Shown here piece after piece: positions 1-9,320 of a stretch of DNA of 64,000 bases. Both the position numbers and the translations under genes were made by a program. The DNA comes from a virus, in IMG/VR virus record IMGVR_UViG_3300027759_000077, positions 6,946-70,945 of that record, one strand, 5' to 3'. The first letter of the stretch is position 1; every line of letters begins with the position of its first letter. The notes under the pieces were generated by a model. It saw only the letters and a list, made by a program, of their open reading frames with translations. It had not been told where the DNA came from and did no database searches.

Positions 1-1333
1 GGGCAACAATACACAGGAACTCATTAGAAAGTTCAGACCAATAGTTATCTAATGCTACTCCACGGGTTGTTCCTAAACACCTAGCCGTTACAGCTAAGAC
101 AGCAACAGACATAAAGTCCTCAGGGCATTGGAGAGATTGACTATGCTGGTGAATAAATTCTCGAATAGACGGTGGGAACACCTCGACTGGAAATTCTTGA
201 GGCTCCCCCGGAGTAAAAAAATTGACACGCTCTTTCTCTTTATCGTGGAAGGAACGGATTTTATTAAGCGCATCAATACCCCATGTTTGAGTAGGAACTA
301 AACCTAGTGTTAATGCATCATCAATACCTTTAGCTTTTGAATTGGTGATGTCCCAAGATTCAAACCCAAGGTCGTAACCTTTTGCAACTAAGTCTTCGGC
401 GAAAAGTCTAAGGAGTCTAGCAACACCGCCCATAGTTATGACATCGGGATAATCAAAGGACAGTAAAACCCTACGTGGCGATAAAGCTTGAATGATTGGC
501 AAGCTGCTTGGCCAAGCGTTTACACCGGGGATAGAAATGGTGTATGTTCCACTAAGCTTATAAGCGATGTCCGATTTTATTTCACCTTCGGTAATTCGTA
601 TCGTGTTTAAATCATCAAGCCGGTTAAGGGGGCAATGCACAGGGGTTCCAGCACTTGGTCCTTTAGTAGTAGACCAAATGATGTATTTAGGACTGTAAGA
701 CCTACGTGTTTTTAAACTGATTATCTTGTTGTTCAAACCTCGTATTGGTAAGACCATACCTTTAGGGTCGATTGCAAATACAAATTTTCCAGCATGAGTT
801 GGACTAGGTTTAAAACCAGGGATAGAAACGAGCTTGTCACCGTAAATGTTTTGTAAGCTTTTGAGTAGGTTGTCTTGGTCAAAGTTAGTAAGAAGGGATC
901 TGTAACCTAACTCCATTGCGAAAGATTGACCCATACCCCTAAGTTCTAACTCGGCAATGTGAGATGAATGCAAACCTAAAAAGGTAAGGACGTGTGTATA
1001 TACATCGTGGAGAAGATCAACATCTCGATTCTCAGAAGAAGAAACCTTTTCAAAAATTAAAGAGCTAGCTGGGTCTTCGCCTGTAGGACAAAAGAGATCA
1101 GCGTAAGTTAAACCTATGGATGCCAAGACATCTTCCGTGCTGCAACCGGTTCGGCAATGTACTATTAATTTGCCAGCATCACCGATGCTAAGTCTAAGAG
1201 AAGGGTTTCGATCACTACCTTTACTACTGTGCGAAAGGCAAGGGCAAGGGACTACCCAGCCATCAGACTCAGATTTAAGAGGCCCGAAACGGGCAAGAAC
1301 TTGGAGAATGTAATCTGGAATATCTGTTGCCAT
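1..1333 (-). CDS. DNA primase/helicase-type replication protein (N-terminal Zn-binding domain, TOPRIM/DUF3854-like domain, start of DUF3987-like domain); truncated at window edge
   Basis: Absent from the ORF track because no stop lies in the window. Manual translation from ATG at 1333: MATDIPDY...VPCPCLSH..DRNPSL..LIVHCRTGC (Zn finger), ITEGEIKSDIA...IPGV...LSFD (TOPRIM), FPVEVFPPSIREFI..QCPEDF (DUF3987-like). The stretches translated, including positions 1-300, are open in this frame. Confidence 0.8.
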   Translation of the reverse strand, partial: MATDIPDYILQVLARFGPLKSESDGWVVPCPCLSHSSKGSDRNPSLRLSIGDAGKLIVHCRTGCSTEDVLASIGLTYADLFCPTGEDPASSLIFEKVSSSENRDVDLLHDVYTHVLTFLGLHSSHIAELELRGMGQSFAMELGYRSLLTNFDQDNLLKSLQNIYGDKLVSIPGFKPSPTHAGKFVFAIDPKGMVLPIRGLNNKIISLKTRRSYSPKYIIWSTTKGPSAGTPVHCPLNRLDDLNTIRITEGEIKSDIAYKLSGTYTISIPGVNAWPSSLPIIQALSPRRVLLSFDYPDVITMGGVARLLRLFAEDLVAKGYDLGFESWDITNSKAKGIDDALTLGLVPTQTWGIDALNKIRSFHDKEKERVNFFTPGEPQEFPVEVFPPSIREFIHQHSQSLQCPEDFMSVAVLAVTARCLGTTRGVALDNYWSELSNEFLCIVA

Positions 1334-1365
1334 TTAGTCATCCTTGAGCGAGTGGTAATAAATAA

Positions 1366-1394
1366 GTACCCAGAGAAACAAGTCCTCTGGGTAC
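1366..1394 (-). terminator. Intrinsic terminator-like hairpin
   Basis: 10-bp stem GTACCCAGAG/CTCTGGGTAC with a 9-nt loop, followed on the minus strand by TTATTTATT. Confidence 0.6.
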
Positions 1395-1408
1395 ATTACG
1401 GGCTTAAC

Positions 1409-1924
1409 TTAATACCCGACTTTTTCGACTCTAGGTTCTTGTGCCCTAGCAAAGCACTCGGATAGAACATTCTTGTTCATCTCTTTGTACTTTGAAATCG
1501 CTGCGGGAGAAATCTCTGGCGCACGTGTCGAAGGAAACACTAGATTCCACCAATCCTTGTCAGCACCACCCCTAGTGTCTGGCGTGTAGCGTGGCTTGAC
1601 GCAAACGCCTTTTCCAACTAGAGACAAAGCATTAGGATGCGAAGGGTTTAAGATTTCGATGTTCGGGGAATTAAGACCGAGGTTTTTAAGGTCCCGAAAG
1701 TTACGTTCAATCTGCTCAGGCTTGGGAGCGAAAGAGAAGTAGATAGTCTTTACAGATCGAAGATCGTCTGAAAGAGTCTCAACACCATCGGCTTCTGTTT
1801 TGCCTTTCATACGATGGGTAACTTCCACACCTAAACGAAGCTGTGGGTCACCGTCTTTGTTCTCAGCCAACACCTGACTAGTGATGGTTCCCTGATACAA
1901 GCTAGCTGAATCGTACTGATTCAT
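1409..1924 (-). CDS. Putative single-stranded DNA-binding (DUF669-like) protein
   Basis: Likely start MNQYDS (AGGAG upstream). Lies between the recombinase and the primase; beta-rich with an LVGKGVCV motif. Confidence 0.45.
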   Translation of the reverse strand: MNQYDSASLYQGTITSQVLAENKDGDPQLRLGVEVTHRMKGKTEADGVETLSDDLRSVKTIYFSFAPKPEQIERNFRDLKNLGLNSPNIEILNPSHPNALSLVGKGVCVKPRYTPDTRGGADKDWWNLVFPSTRAPEISPAAISKYKEMNKNVLSECFARAQEPRVEKVGY

Positions 1925-2033
1925 AAGAAACTCCTTTAAAACTACAAGTAAAACTGAAGACATTAAAGACAATCTTTAACGCAACTCCAATATTTAAATT
2001 CTAAGAATTACCAAACCAAACATTCAAAAAATT

Positions 2034-2393
2034 TTATAGAGGTTCGGAAGATTTTTGTTTTTGTTTTTCCAACAGACAGATGTCATCAAGAGTCAATGGA
2101 AGAGACTTATCTTTGATCTTTTCGAGTGTCGAAATGAAAGCTATTAGATTCCACAAGGCAGCAATGTGATGGTCTTCATCAGTCCTGCCCTCTAAGAATT
2201 GAAACAGATGACGCAAATGGGAGTCGAGATACCGGCCCAGAGGTTGTCCCTTCTCCCAGTTGCGATCACCGTACAGTTGAGCGCCAGATTCAAACCGTTT
2301 TGATAACAGGGAAATTACTTCCCACGGTATTAAATCGTAGCGCCCTTTGCCTTCCCTAGTGTCTCTTTGCGAACCTGTGGTAAACTTTTCCAT
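2034..2393 (-). CDS. dATP/dGTP diphosphohydrolase domain protein (DUF5664 family)
   Basis: Motifs GKGRYDLIP, GAQLYGDRNWEKG, SHLRHL, EDHHIAALWN. Confidence 0.85.
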   Translation of the reverse strand: MEKFTTGSQRDTREGKGRYDLIPWEVISLLSKRFESGAQLYGDRNWEKGQPLGRYLDSHLRHLFQFLEGRTDEDHHIAALWNLIAFISTLEKIKDKSLPLTLDDICLLEKQKQKSSEPL

Positions 2394-2415
2394 GTCTAAC
2401 CTCTATGAATGGGGC

Positions 2416-3153
2416 TTAACTCAACGCTTCCTTTTTAGATTTAAGAAAGCTCATAGCGTAAGGTGAAGCACTTGCGTCTTCAACTGATTTGAATTCCGTT
2501 CCTAGCGCATAGTTTAAATCTTCTAATGAAGTCTTGGTTGCATCCATTAATTCCTGTGCCGAATAAGAATCTTTCATCGGAACAGAAACGATAGGAGTGG
2601 CTTCTTTTTGCATGAGCAAAGGAGGATTGCTGGGTGTTATGTCGATGGCAAAACTTGAGCCATCCTCACCAAAATCTTCGGGGACATACAGTCCCGTACA
2701 AATGTCAGGACAATGAAACTTGCCTGCATTACTTATACATCTAGCAAAAAGCATGTTGGTCGGGTAAGCGTTGTAAGTCGCATTCCTAGTAAGTCCCGCA
2801 GCCTTTGCTTGAACCATCGTAAAGGTTGTAGGTATCTGAGGCTTTCCATCTTTGGTAATTTGGATAGTACAAACAGTAGGACTTAACTCTAAGACTTCGT
2901 AATCATAGCGCTCAGATTTACGAATCAATGCGGCGATAAGATTAGCATTGGGTGCGGGTTTCCCCTGTATAATATTGATCTGATCACAAGCCGTAAACTC
3001 GTCGATCCCCAACGCACGACCCTTGATGATCTTAACGAAAGCTTGAGAAACACTACGCAAGTCCTTAAAAAATCCACACTCAAACAGGTGGCGAGCTACA
3101 CGCTCAATACCTTCGTACCCATCCGAAACCCTAGTAAGGTTATTTTCGGCCAT
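2416..3153 (-). CDS. RecT/Red-beta-like ssDNA annealing recombinase
   Basis: VKIIKGRALGI..INIIQGKP, FTMVQAKAAGL..YNAYPTNMLFARCIS..CPD..GLYVPED. Confidence 0.8.
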   Translation of the reverse strand: MAENNLTRVSDGYEGIERVARHLFECGFFKDLRSVSQAFVKIIKGRALGIDEFTACDQINIIQGKPAPNANLIAALIRKSERYDYEVLELSPTVCTIQITKDGKPQIPTTFTMVQAKAAGLTRNATYNAYPTNMLFARCISNAGKFHCPDICTGLYVPEDFGEDGSSFAIDITPSNPPLLMQKEATPIVSVPMKDSYSAQELMDATKTSLEDLNYALGTEFKSVEDASASPYAMSFLKSKKEALS

Positions 3154-3367
3154 TTTTAGTCTCCTCTGAGTTAGCAGCCATCACGGAAAAGTAATCACTA
3201 ACAATCTGATAACGAGTGGTTACCGATAGATTTTCAATCCACCAAGTGATGGCTTTAGAAAACAGATCATCAGTGAGTACCGGATATTTCTCACACACAG
3301 ACGGATTAGAAAAACTTTTCTTGACACTAATTTTATCGTCGTGAGTGTGAAATAGATCGTTAGACAT
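3140..3367 (-). CDS. Hypothetical protein
   Basis: 75-aa ORF with GGAG RBS, overlapping the start of the RecT-like gene. Confidence 0.55.
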   Translation of the reverse strand: MSNDLFHTHDDKISVKKSFSNPSVCEKYPVLTDDLFSKAITWWIENLSVTTRYQIVSDYFSVMAANSEETKNGRK

Positions 3368-3466
3368 GCTAGGTACTCCGGTAGGGGTTTCATATCATAA
3401 TCGCAAATTGTTAAGAAAAGTCAAGGACAACGGTAGGAATAATTAGTCATGGGTATTATTTTTATG

Positions 3467-3494
3467 TTGATAAATTAATACAAATGTTTACAAT
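3467..3494 (+). promoter_or_regulatory. Putative sigma70-type promoter in the divergent intergenic region
   Basis: TTGATA-16 nt-TACAAT upstream of the rightward RHH gene. Confidence 0.35.
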
Positions 3495-3537
3495 ACATAG
3501 AGTTACACCTTTTACAATTGTCGAGGTTGCTTTCAAA

Positions 3538-3882
3538 ATGTCTTCCGAATATGTAAAAAGATCAATAGTGTTGACGGAGACCGTCGCTGAAGAAGTGGAG
3601 AGAATAGCCACCCTGCAAGGGCGAAGTTTCGCCAGTCTTGTCAGAGATGCAATCAATCTTTGGCTAGAACAAAAAGATTTACACGTTACAAAAACAACAT
3701 CATCCGCATTCGAAATAGAACTTACAAACGAAGAGCAAGAAATAGTTAAAAAATTAAGTGCTCTATTAGGAGTGGATAATGCGGGGGTAATCAAACAATG
3801 CTGGAACGAAGGACTCACACCTACGATAGATTTAGCCATGAAGCGCAAAACCCATTTAGAGGCAATGACCAAAAACCTTTGA
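3538..3882 (+). CDS. Ribbon-helix-helix (CopG-like) DNA-binding regulator
   Basis: Likely start MSSEYV (GAGG upstream). KRSIVLTETVAEEVERIATLQGRSFASLVRDAI fits RHH, and a second RHH-like unit follows. Confidence 0.65.
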   Translation: MSSEYVKRSIVLTETVAEEVERIATLQGRSFASLVRDAINLWLEQKDLHVTKTTSSAFEIELTNEEQEIVKKLSALLGVDNAGVIKQCWNEGLTPTIDLAMKRKTHLEAMTKNL

Positions 3883-4493
3883 GGGTTCACAACCTTGAGC
3901 AGGGCAGTCCGGAGTGGCTGAACTGGAGAATGACGGGGATAGGTTCGAGTGATGCGCCAACCATTATGAATGGCAGTCATTTCAACAGGAACCGGCATGA
4001 TCTGTGGAACGAAAAATTGGGTAAGGTTTTGCCACGCACCTTTAACGCATTTCAAAGTTACAGGATGCGACGAGGACAAATACTGGAGCCCGATGCACGG
4101 TACTGGTATGCCCAATCGATGCAAGTAGAAGTAGAACCCATCTGTTGTACCCATTCGTGTTTTGATTGGATTAAAGGCAGCTTGGATGGCTGGGTAACGG
4201 GATCCAGAACAGTCTTGGAAATCAAAGCACCGAATGATAAAGATCACGATCTTGCTTTGGATCAACAAATACCGAAGAAATATATACCGCAAGTGTTGCA
4301 CTTGCTTCTCGTAACAGGGGGCAGTCAACTTCATTATCTATCATACTCTCCTGGGCGACCTAAAGCGGAACGGTTTGCATTAGTAAGCTTCCTTCCAGAA
4401 GCAACTGCCTTACGAGAGTTGCTAAGGAAAGAAGAAACTTTCTGGAACTGCTTACAATCCGAAACACCACCAGACGACCATCTCTTCCTATAA
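3879..4493 (+). CDS. YqaJ/lambda-exonuclease-like protein
   Basis: LEQGSPEWLNWRMTGIGSSDA, GQILEP, GSLDG, LEIKAP, YIPQV. Likely TTG start overlapping the upstream TGA. Confidence 0.9.
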   Translation: MRVHNLEQGSPEWLNWRMTGIGSSDAPTIMNGSHFNRNRHDLWNEKLGKVLPRTFNAFQSYRMRRGQILEPDARYWYAQSMQVEVEPICCTHSCFDWIKGSLDGWVTGSRTVLEIKAPNDKDHDLALDQQIPKKYIPQVLHLLLVTGGSQLHYLSYSPGRPKAERFALVSFLPEATALRELLRKEETFWNCLQSETPPDDHLFL

Positions 4494-4500
4494 CACTACC

Positions 4501-4908
4501 AGAACGGCACAGAACGTCATGGAATGTCATAGGGTAAAATGACATTTCAAAACGGTGTAAGTATCCATTTCGTATAGCTTTAAAAAAATCAAATCATGAA
4601 ATGTCAAGAATGCTCATGCTTGGGTAGGAAAGTAACTACATACCTATCGTCAATAAGGCCATAAGATTTCAGTATATATTAAGTAATTATTATTATTATT
4701 ATTATATTACATATCTCTTTATAACATTTTTACATACTGGTAATACATTGTTATACCTATAAGACTATATATGTATATCTTCTTACTAGAATGTTGTGCA
4801 TTGTGGACATACCAAATCTTAATAACACAAACCATTACAATATAACAACTTACAACATTTCAGAATGTCATTTATCTTGTGACATTGCAGGACGTTCTGT
4901 GTCGTTTC
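4501..4908. repeat. About 48-bp imperfect inverted repeat flanking an AT-rich core (origin/operator-like)
   Basis: 4501-4548 AGAACGGCACAGAACGTCATGGAATGTCATAGGGTAAAATGACATT matches the reverse complement of 4861-4908. Each arm contains an AATGTCA-N9/10-TGACATT palindrome. The core holds an (ATT)n run. Confidence 0.75.
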
Positions 4909-4960
4909 AATAAAGGTTTTTTAAATGCGTTTTGGATTTTAGTAATAAGAAAGGAGCGCC

Positions 4961-5239
4961 ATGGAAAAAAGTAAAGTGTATCGAGACGGTAAATCAACAG
5001 GGATCTTTAGTGTAGTTATGCGAATTAAAGATGTTGATTATAACCTATTTTTTTCGAGTAAAGCCGTGTATTTAGAACGATATGAAACAGGTGGAGATAG
5101 AAGAGTAATCAGATATAAAGTTGAAAAAGACACGTGCTCTTGCCCTGCCTTTTCAACGTATACAGGGCCTTGTAAACATATTCTTTCCCTTCGTAAACTC
5201 AATGAAGTCTTATCTTTACGATTAAAGGAAAACGAATAA
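4961..5239 (+). CDS. SWIM zinc-finger protein
   Basis: CSCPAF.....CKHI motif; AGGAG RBS. Confidence 0.8.
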   Translation: MEKSKVYRDGKSTGIFSVVMRIKDVDYNLFFSSKAVYLERYETGGDRRVIRYKVEKDTCSCPAFSTYTGPCKHILSLRKLNEVLSLRLKENE

Positions 5240-5312
5240 GTGTAAAAAAAGAATTATTCCCCTTACATAGTAGGAATAAGTATGTATGCTTCACACTAAC
5301 AGGAGTCAATGA

Positions 5313-5756
5313 ATGTCACATGTAGTCGTATTAGCCCTTGAGATCAAGAATCTAGCTGCCGTTAAACGAATGTGTAGCAATCTTGGTTGGACGTTTCTTG
5401 AAAACAAAAAAACATACACATGGTACGGACGAACAGCGGGAAGCTATTCCGGTACGGATGGAGCTTTGAACCTCGGCATGACTGAAAGCGATCTAGGGAA
5501 GTGTACCCACGCTATTTCATTACCGGATTGTAAATACCAACTAGGGCTTAAAGAAGAAGCTTCGGGCAAGTACACCCTACTGTGGGACTCGTATGAAGGT
5601 ACGTTGCAGAAAGCGATGGGAGGTAAGCAAGGCGAAAGATTTATGCAGGAGTATGGGTTAGCGGCAGTACAAGTAGAAGCTGACGAGCAAGGCTACCAGT
5701 ATACAACAAAAAAATTAGATAACGGTTCTTACGAAATTGAAGTCGAAACCTACTAG
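5313..5756 (+). CDS. DUF1257 (Ycf35-like) family protein
   Basis: MSHVVVLALEIKNLAAVKRMC..LGW start; YTLLWDSY; FMQEYG; GY....LDNGSYEIEV end. Confidence 0.75.
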   Translation: MSHVVVLALEIKNLAAVKRMCSNLGWTFLENKKTYTWYGRTAGSYSGTDGALNLGMTESDLGKCTHAISLPDCKYQLGLKEEASGKYTLLWDSYEGTLQKAMGGKQGERFMQEYGLAAVQVEADEQGYQYTTKKLDNGSYEIEVETY

Positions 5757-5764
5757 GAGAAAAC

Positions 5765-6193
5765 ATGAATATTCAAAACGAATTCGGTATCGTCGATAAC
5801 AGCCTGACCGCTCTCTTAGAACGAGGGAGAGATGAAGTAGGACATGTACATAAACAAAAATCAAAATGCCTCGATCAGTTTTACGCAGAAGTTCCAGAAT
5901 CGATTCGACAGTATGAAGACAAAACCAGCTTTTCATTCAGAGAAAACGATGCCGTGATTGCAGAGTTTGAAGTTCCTACTACTGTTTCCAACAACACCAG
6001 AACAGTACGGTTACGACTCATATCTTACATGACATCTATTTCCCCCGGAGCCCTCAACAGTTTTACGTGGTCATATGGATTTAAGGTCTTTGGATCGATG
6101 CATTGGACTCACTGCAACTCTTTGGAACACGCTCTATATGCAGGAGCTACGGTGGATATGTCTACTCCAGTAATTAAATTGTTTGGGGGTTAA
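5765..6193 (+). CDS. Hypothetical protein
   Basis: 142-aa ORF with AGGAG RBS inside the operon. Confidence 0.6.
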   Translation: MNIQNEFGIVDNSLTALLERGRDEVGHVHKQKSKCLDQFYAEVPESIRQYEDKTSFSFRENDAVIAEFEVPTTVSNNTRTVRLRLISYMTSISPGALNSFTWSYGFKVFGSMHWTHCNSLEHALYAGATVDMSTPVIKLFGG

Positions 6194-6194
6194 C

Positions 6195-6377
6195 ATGAAA
6201 AGGATCACATTTGTAGTGGATAAAAAGGGAACCGTTACGCTGGAAGCAACTGGATTTGTTGGCGATGCCTGTGCCCTAAAAACAAAAAAATTCATGGACG
6301 CTTTAGGATCAGTAGTTGGAGAAGAAAAAAAGCCGGAGTTTTTTGAGTTTACGGATCAGTGTTTAGAAAAACAATAA
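6195..6377 (+). CDS. DUF2997 family protein
   Basis: MKRITFVVDKKGTVTLEATGFVGDAC..T..FMDALG.V..EEKKPEFF. Confidence 0.8.
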   Translation: MKRITFVVDKKGTVTLEATGFVGDACALKTKKFMDALGSVVGEEKKPEFFEFTDQCLEKQ

Positions 6378-6389
6378 CCAGGAGCAAGT

Positions 6390-6734
6390 ATGAAAGCCAG
6401 AAGCCAGAAGCAAGAAAAAATCACAAGACTAGAGTGGAGACTGCAAGATGTTAATTCGGGTAAAATATTTGATCGAATATACACCACTGAATTAAAAGCT
6501 CGTTGGCACGAAGCTAAATTTAACCAAAATGGAATGCTCTTTAACAGTCCGTACCGAACACAGGTAGTACATGTAAAAGCAACCTATGCGCTAAATTTAG
6601 TTATGGACAAAACACCCCTAAAAATTAAGGTCATAACTACATGTTTACCGAACGAATCCAAAACTATATCAACGCTGGCTTTGCCGGGAACTGGATACTT
6701 ACGTATGAACCGGAGGAAGCCCAGCGAGAAATGA
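6390..6734 (+). CDS. Hypothetical protein
   Basis: 114-aa ORF with AGGAG RBS, overlapping the start of the AAA gene. Confidence 0.5.
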   Translation: MKARSQKQEKITRLEWRLQDVNSGKIFDRIYTTELKARWHEAKFNQNGMLFNSPYRTQVVHVKATYALNLVMDKTPLKIKVITTCLPNESKTISTLALPGTGYLRMNRRKPSEK

Positions 6735-8113
6735 CACGTCTCGCCTTCTCAAAAGGCTACGAGATTGTCGTGTGGGATATCGCTAAAGGTCTAGTCAATC
6801 CTATGCGTCCCACAGATGCGGTGGATCCTAAAACAAGAAGTCCACTTTCCCCGTTTGCAGCATTCTCAAAAGTGCAAAGTGAAGTTCCAAGGGTAGTACT
6901 GCTTTGGAACTACCACCTCTTTATTAAAGAGCGAGAAGTGTTACAAGCGTTTTACAACGCAGTGTTAGACGGCCAGAAAGATTTGATTTACTACTTTGTG
7001 CTTTCCTGTACTGGAGAGATGCCAAAAGAAGTCGAAAAAATGATTGTTCTGCACCAGCATAAACTGCCCTCTGACATAGAGATTGCAGACATCGCTAACG
7101 ACCTATTAGAAAAGCCAGACAAAACTCCTGTGAGCAAGTCTGTTATTTATGCAGCTAGAGGACTTACACGTCGAGAAGTTGAAGGTGCGTTCTCGATATC
7201 TATTACCACGGAGGGTGACATTAACCCTAGCGTTGTAACAAACTACAAAAAAGAATCTGTAAGCAAAAGCGGGTTCCTTACCTATTACGAAGGTAACACA
7301 AACTTTAAGAACATCTGTGGATTAGAACATTTAAAAAGCTACTGCAAAAAGATTTTAAAAGATGGTGCAGAGATTCAGCCTCACGGGGTATTGCTTTTAG
7401 GACCACCAGGAACAGGGAAAAGTCAATTTGCAAAAGCATTAGGAAGCGAAATAAACCGCCCTGTATTAATGTGTGACATTGGGAAAATCTACGCAAAACA
7501 TGTAGGCGAAACTGAAGCAAACCTAAGAGAACTTATAGACATTGCTGAAAGCGTTGCGCCTTGCATCCTGTTTATCGATGAGTTGGAAAAAGCACTTGGT
7601 GGCTCAAAGTCTGGCAATGATAGCGGCGTAAGTCTTAGGGTCTTTGGTCGCTTGCTGACATGGCTATCTGACAAGACATCAGACGTATTCGTGATCGGGA
7701 CATGCAACGACGTTTCTTCTTTGGATGCTGCCTTTGCCAGAGAAGGTAGATTCGATTCGCTCTTCTTTGTTGACCTACCGTCTAAAGTGGAGCGGGAAAA
7801 GTTATGGTCTTTTTATTTGGATAAGTATTCGGTGAAGAAAGATGTCGAAGTAAATGATGAAGGCTGGACAGGAGCGGAGATAGAAGGCTGCGTCAAGAAA
7901 TCGAAACAGTTAGAAATCAGCTTAGCCAATGCAGCGAAGTACATCATACCCGTATCGCTTAGTAGGAAGGATGAGATCGAGAAGCTTAGAGAATGGAGCA
8001 AGATGATGTGCCTAAGTTCAGACTATGAAGGTAAGTACATAGGTGCAGTTAGTGAAAAACAACAGACAATTAAAGCGATCAGTCCACGAAGAACTCTGAT
8101 AGGAGAAGTATGA
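6641..8113 (+). CDS. Ycf46-like AAA+ ATPase
   Basis: Walker A GPPGTGKS, Walker B ILFIDE, FVIGTCN, AFAREGRFD..FFVDLP, GWTGAEIE. Degenerate N-terminal AAA-like domain. Confidence 0.9.
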   Translation: MFTERIQNYINAGFAGNWILTYEPEEAQREMTRLAFSKGYEIVVWDIAKGLVNPMRPTDAVDPKTRSPLSPFAAFSKVQSEVPRVVLLWNYHLFIKEREVLQAFYNAVLDGQKDLIYYFVLSCTGEMPKEVEKMIVLHQHKLPSDIEIADIANDLLEKPDKTPVSKSVIYAARGLTRREVEGAFSISITTEGDINPSVVTNYKKESVSKSGFLTYYEGNTNFKNICGLEHLKSYCKKILKDGAEIQPHGVLLLGPPGTGKSQFAKALGSEINRPVLMCDIGKIYAKHVGETEANLRELIDIAESVAPCILFIDELEKALGGSKSGNDSGVSLRVFGRLLTWLSDKTSDVFVIGTCNDVSSLDAAFAREGRFDSLFFVDLPSKVEREKLWSFYLDKYSVKKDVEVNDEGWTGAEIEGCVKKSKQLEISLANAAKYIIPVSLSRKDEIEKLREWSKMMCLSSDYEGKYIGAVSEKQQTIKAISPRRTLIGEV

Positions 8114-8352
8114 GTGATAGTAAAAAGAACCTTTGTTCTGGTGAAAAAGCTTCGGTTAATAAAGTCAGCATCGCTGTAGATAAGGAAGGCGATCTTGTAG
8201 TAGTTTTGCATGGTAAAAACTTAGAGCAAAAAAAGAACTTCTCTTTAGTTCTAACCTCCGCAAACACTTTGGATTTGTCTGAAACTTTATTCTCAATCCG
8301 AAAAGAACTAGACACAAAAACATCAACAGGAGACGAATCGCAATGGAACTAA
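8110..8352 (+). CDS. Hypothetical protein
   Basis: ATGA overlap with the AAA gene; 80 aa. Confidence 0.6.
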   Translation: MSDSKKNLCSGEKASVNKVSIAVDKEGDLVVVLHGKNLEQKKNFSLVLTSANTLDLSETLFSIRKELDTKTSTGDESQWN

Positions 8353-9320
8353 AACGATTGCCAGTTACCCAATCTGAAAACCTAGAGTCACAAGTCATGG
8401 GGTGCTCTCTGAGTACCCACTGGTGGGGCATCACAAAAAAGGCGGGATCGGAAGCGCTAGACGCTGTAGCTATCAGCTTAGGTACATCACAGAAGTATTT
8501 AAAAATTGAAAAACGATTGATAGGTCGTAACAACACTTATTATAAAAATTTGTGCAGGACTAAAAACTCAATCGTAAGTTTCTGGAAAGACACCACCCTC
8601 CCGTACGTAGAGTCTGGTGTGCGTCTGATCCGAAAAGATAACATTCAAAGATTTGAAACTCAGATGTCATCTTTTAGGCAAGAGTTAGCTAATAGAGTTT
8701 CAGATATGATTTCTAACTACGATCAGTTAAAAACTGAAAGTAAACAGGCTTTAAAAGGATTGTATAACGAAAGCGATTACCCCGAAAATCTTAGCGACCT
8801 GTTTTCTTTTTACTGGGAATACCCAAATTTAAACCCGCCAGAATACCTCATGTTGCATAATCCGGAACTGTATCGGAGACAACAACAGGCTGTTAAAGCT
8901 AAATTTGAAGATGCGGTTCTTAAAGCGGAAAAAGCTTTTGGTAAAGAGTTACAAGACTTAGTCGTAAATCTTGCTGAAAGAATGTCCCCAAATCCCGATG
9001 GATCAAAGAAAATATTTAGGGACACCACAGTAACTGAAAACTTTAAAACGTTCTTTAGAAAGTTTAATGAGATCAGTGTATCAAACAGTTCAGACCTAAA
9101 CGCTATCGTGGCACAAGCAGAGAGTATTTTGGGTAATGTAAATGCGGAGTATCTTCGGGCTGATGGAAATGAGCGTTCCGATCTTGCAAACAAAATGAAG
9201 AATTTGTCCAGTTTGTTAGAATCTAAAATTGGAGTTCAGCCTAGAAGGACTCTTATTAGATCCTCATCTGTTCCGGTAATTCAATCACCAGCAAGCAGTG
9301 CTCCTGTAAGTGTGCTATGA
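8343..9320 (+). CDS. DUF3150-like helical protein
   Basis: WWGITKK, TLPYVESGVRLI, LYNESDYP, NPDGSKKIFRDT. From recall, this family occurs beside Ycf46-like AAA genes. Confidence 0.6.
   Translation: MELKRLPVTQSENLESQVMGCSLSTHWWGITKKAGSEALDAVAISLGTSQKYLKIEKRLIGRNNTYYKNLCRTKNSIVSFWKDTTLPYVESGVRLIRKDNIQRFETQMSSFRQELANRVSDMISNYDQLKTESKQALKGLYNESDYPENLSDLFSFYWEYPNLNPPEYLMLHNPELYRRQQQAVKAKFEDAVLKAEKAFGKELQDLVVNLAERMSPNPDGSKKIFRDTTVTENFKTFFRKFNEISVSNSSDLNAIVAQAESILGNVNAEYLRADGNERSDLANKMKNLSSLLESKIGVQPRRTLIRSSSVPVIQSPASSAPVSVL

Noticed and set aside
3462-4334. 290-aa minus-strand ORF
   Set aside because: Antisense shadow of the well-supported RHH and YqaJ genes.
4685-4705. (ATT)n microsatellite as a separate element
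   Set aside because: Short; treated as part of the AT-rich core of the origin-like region.
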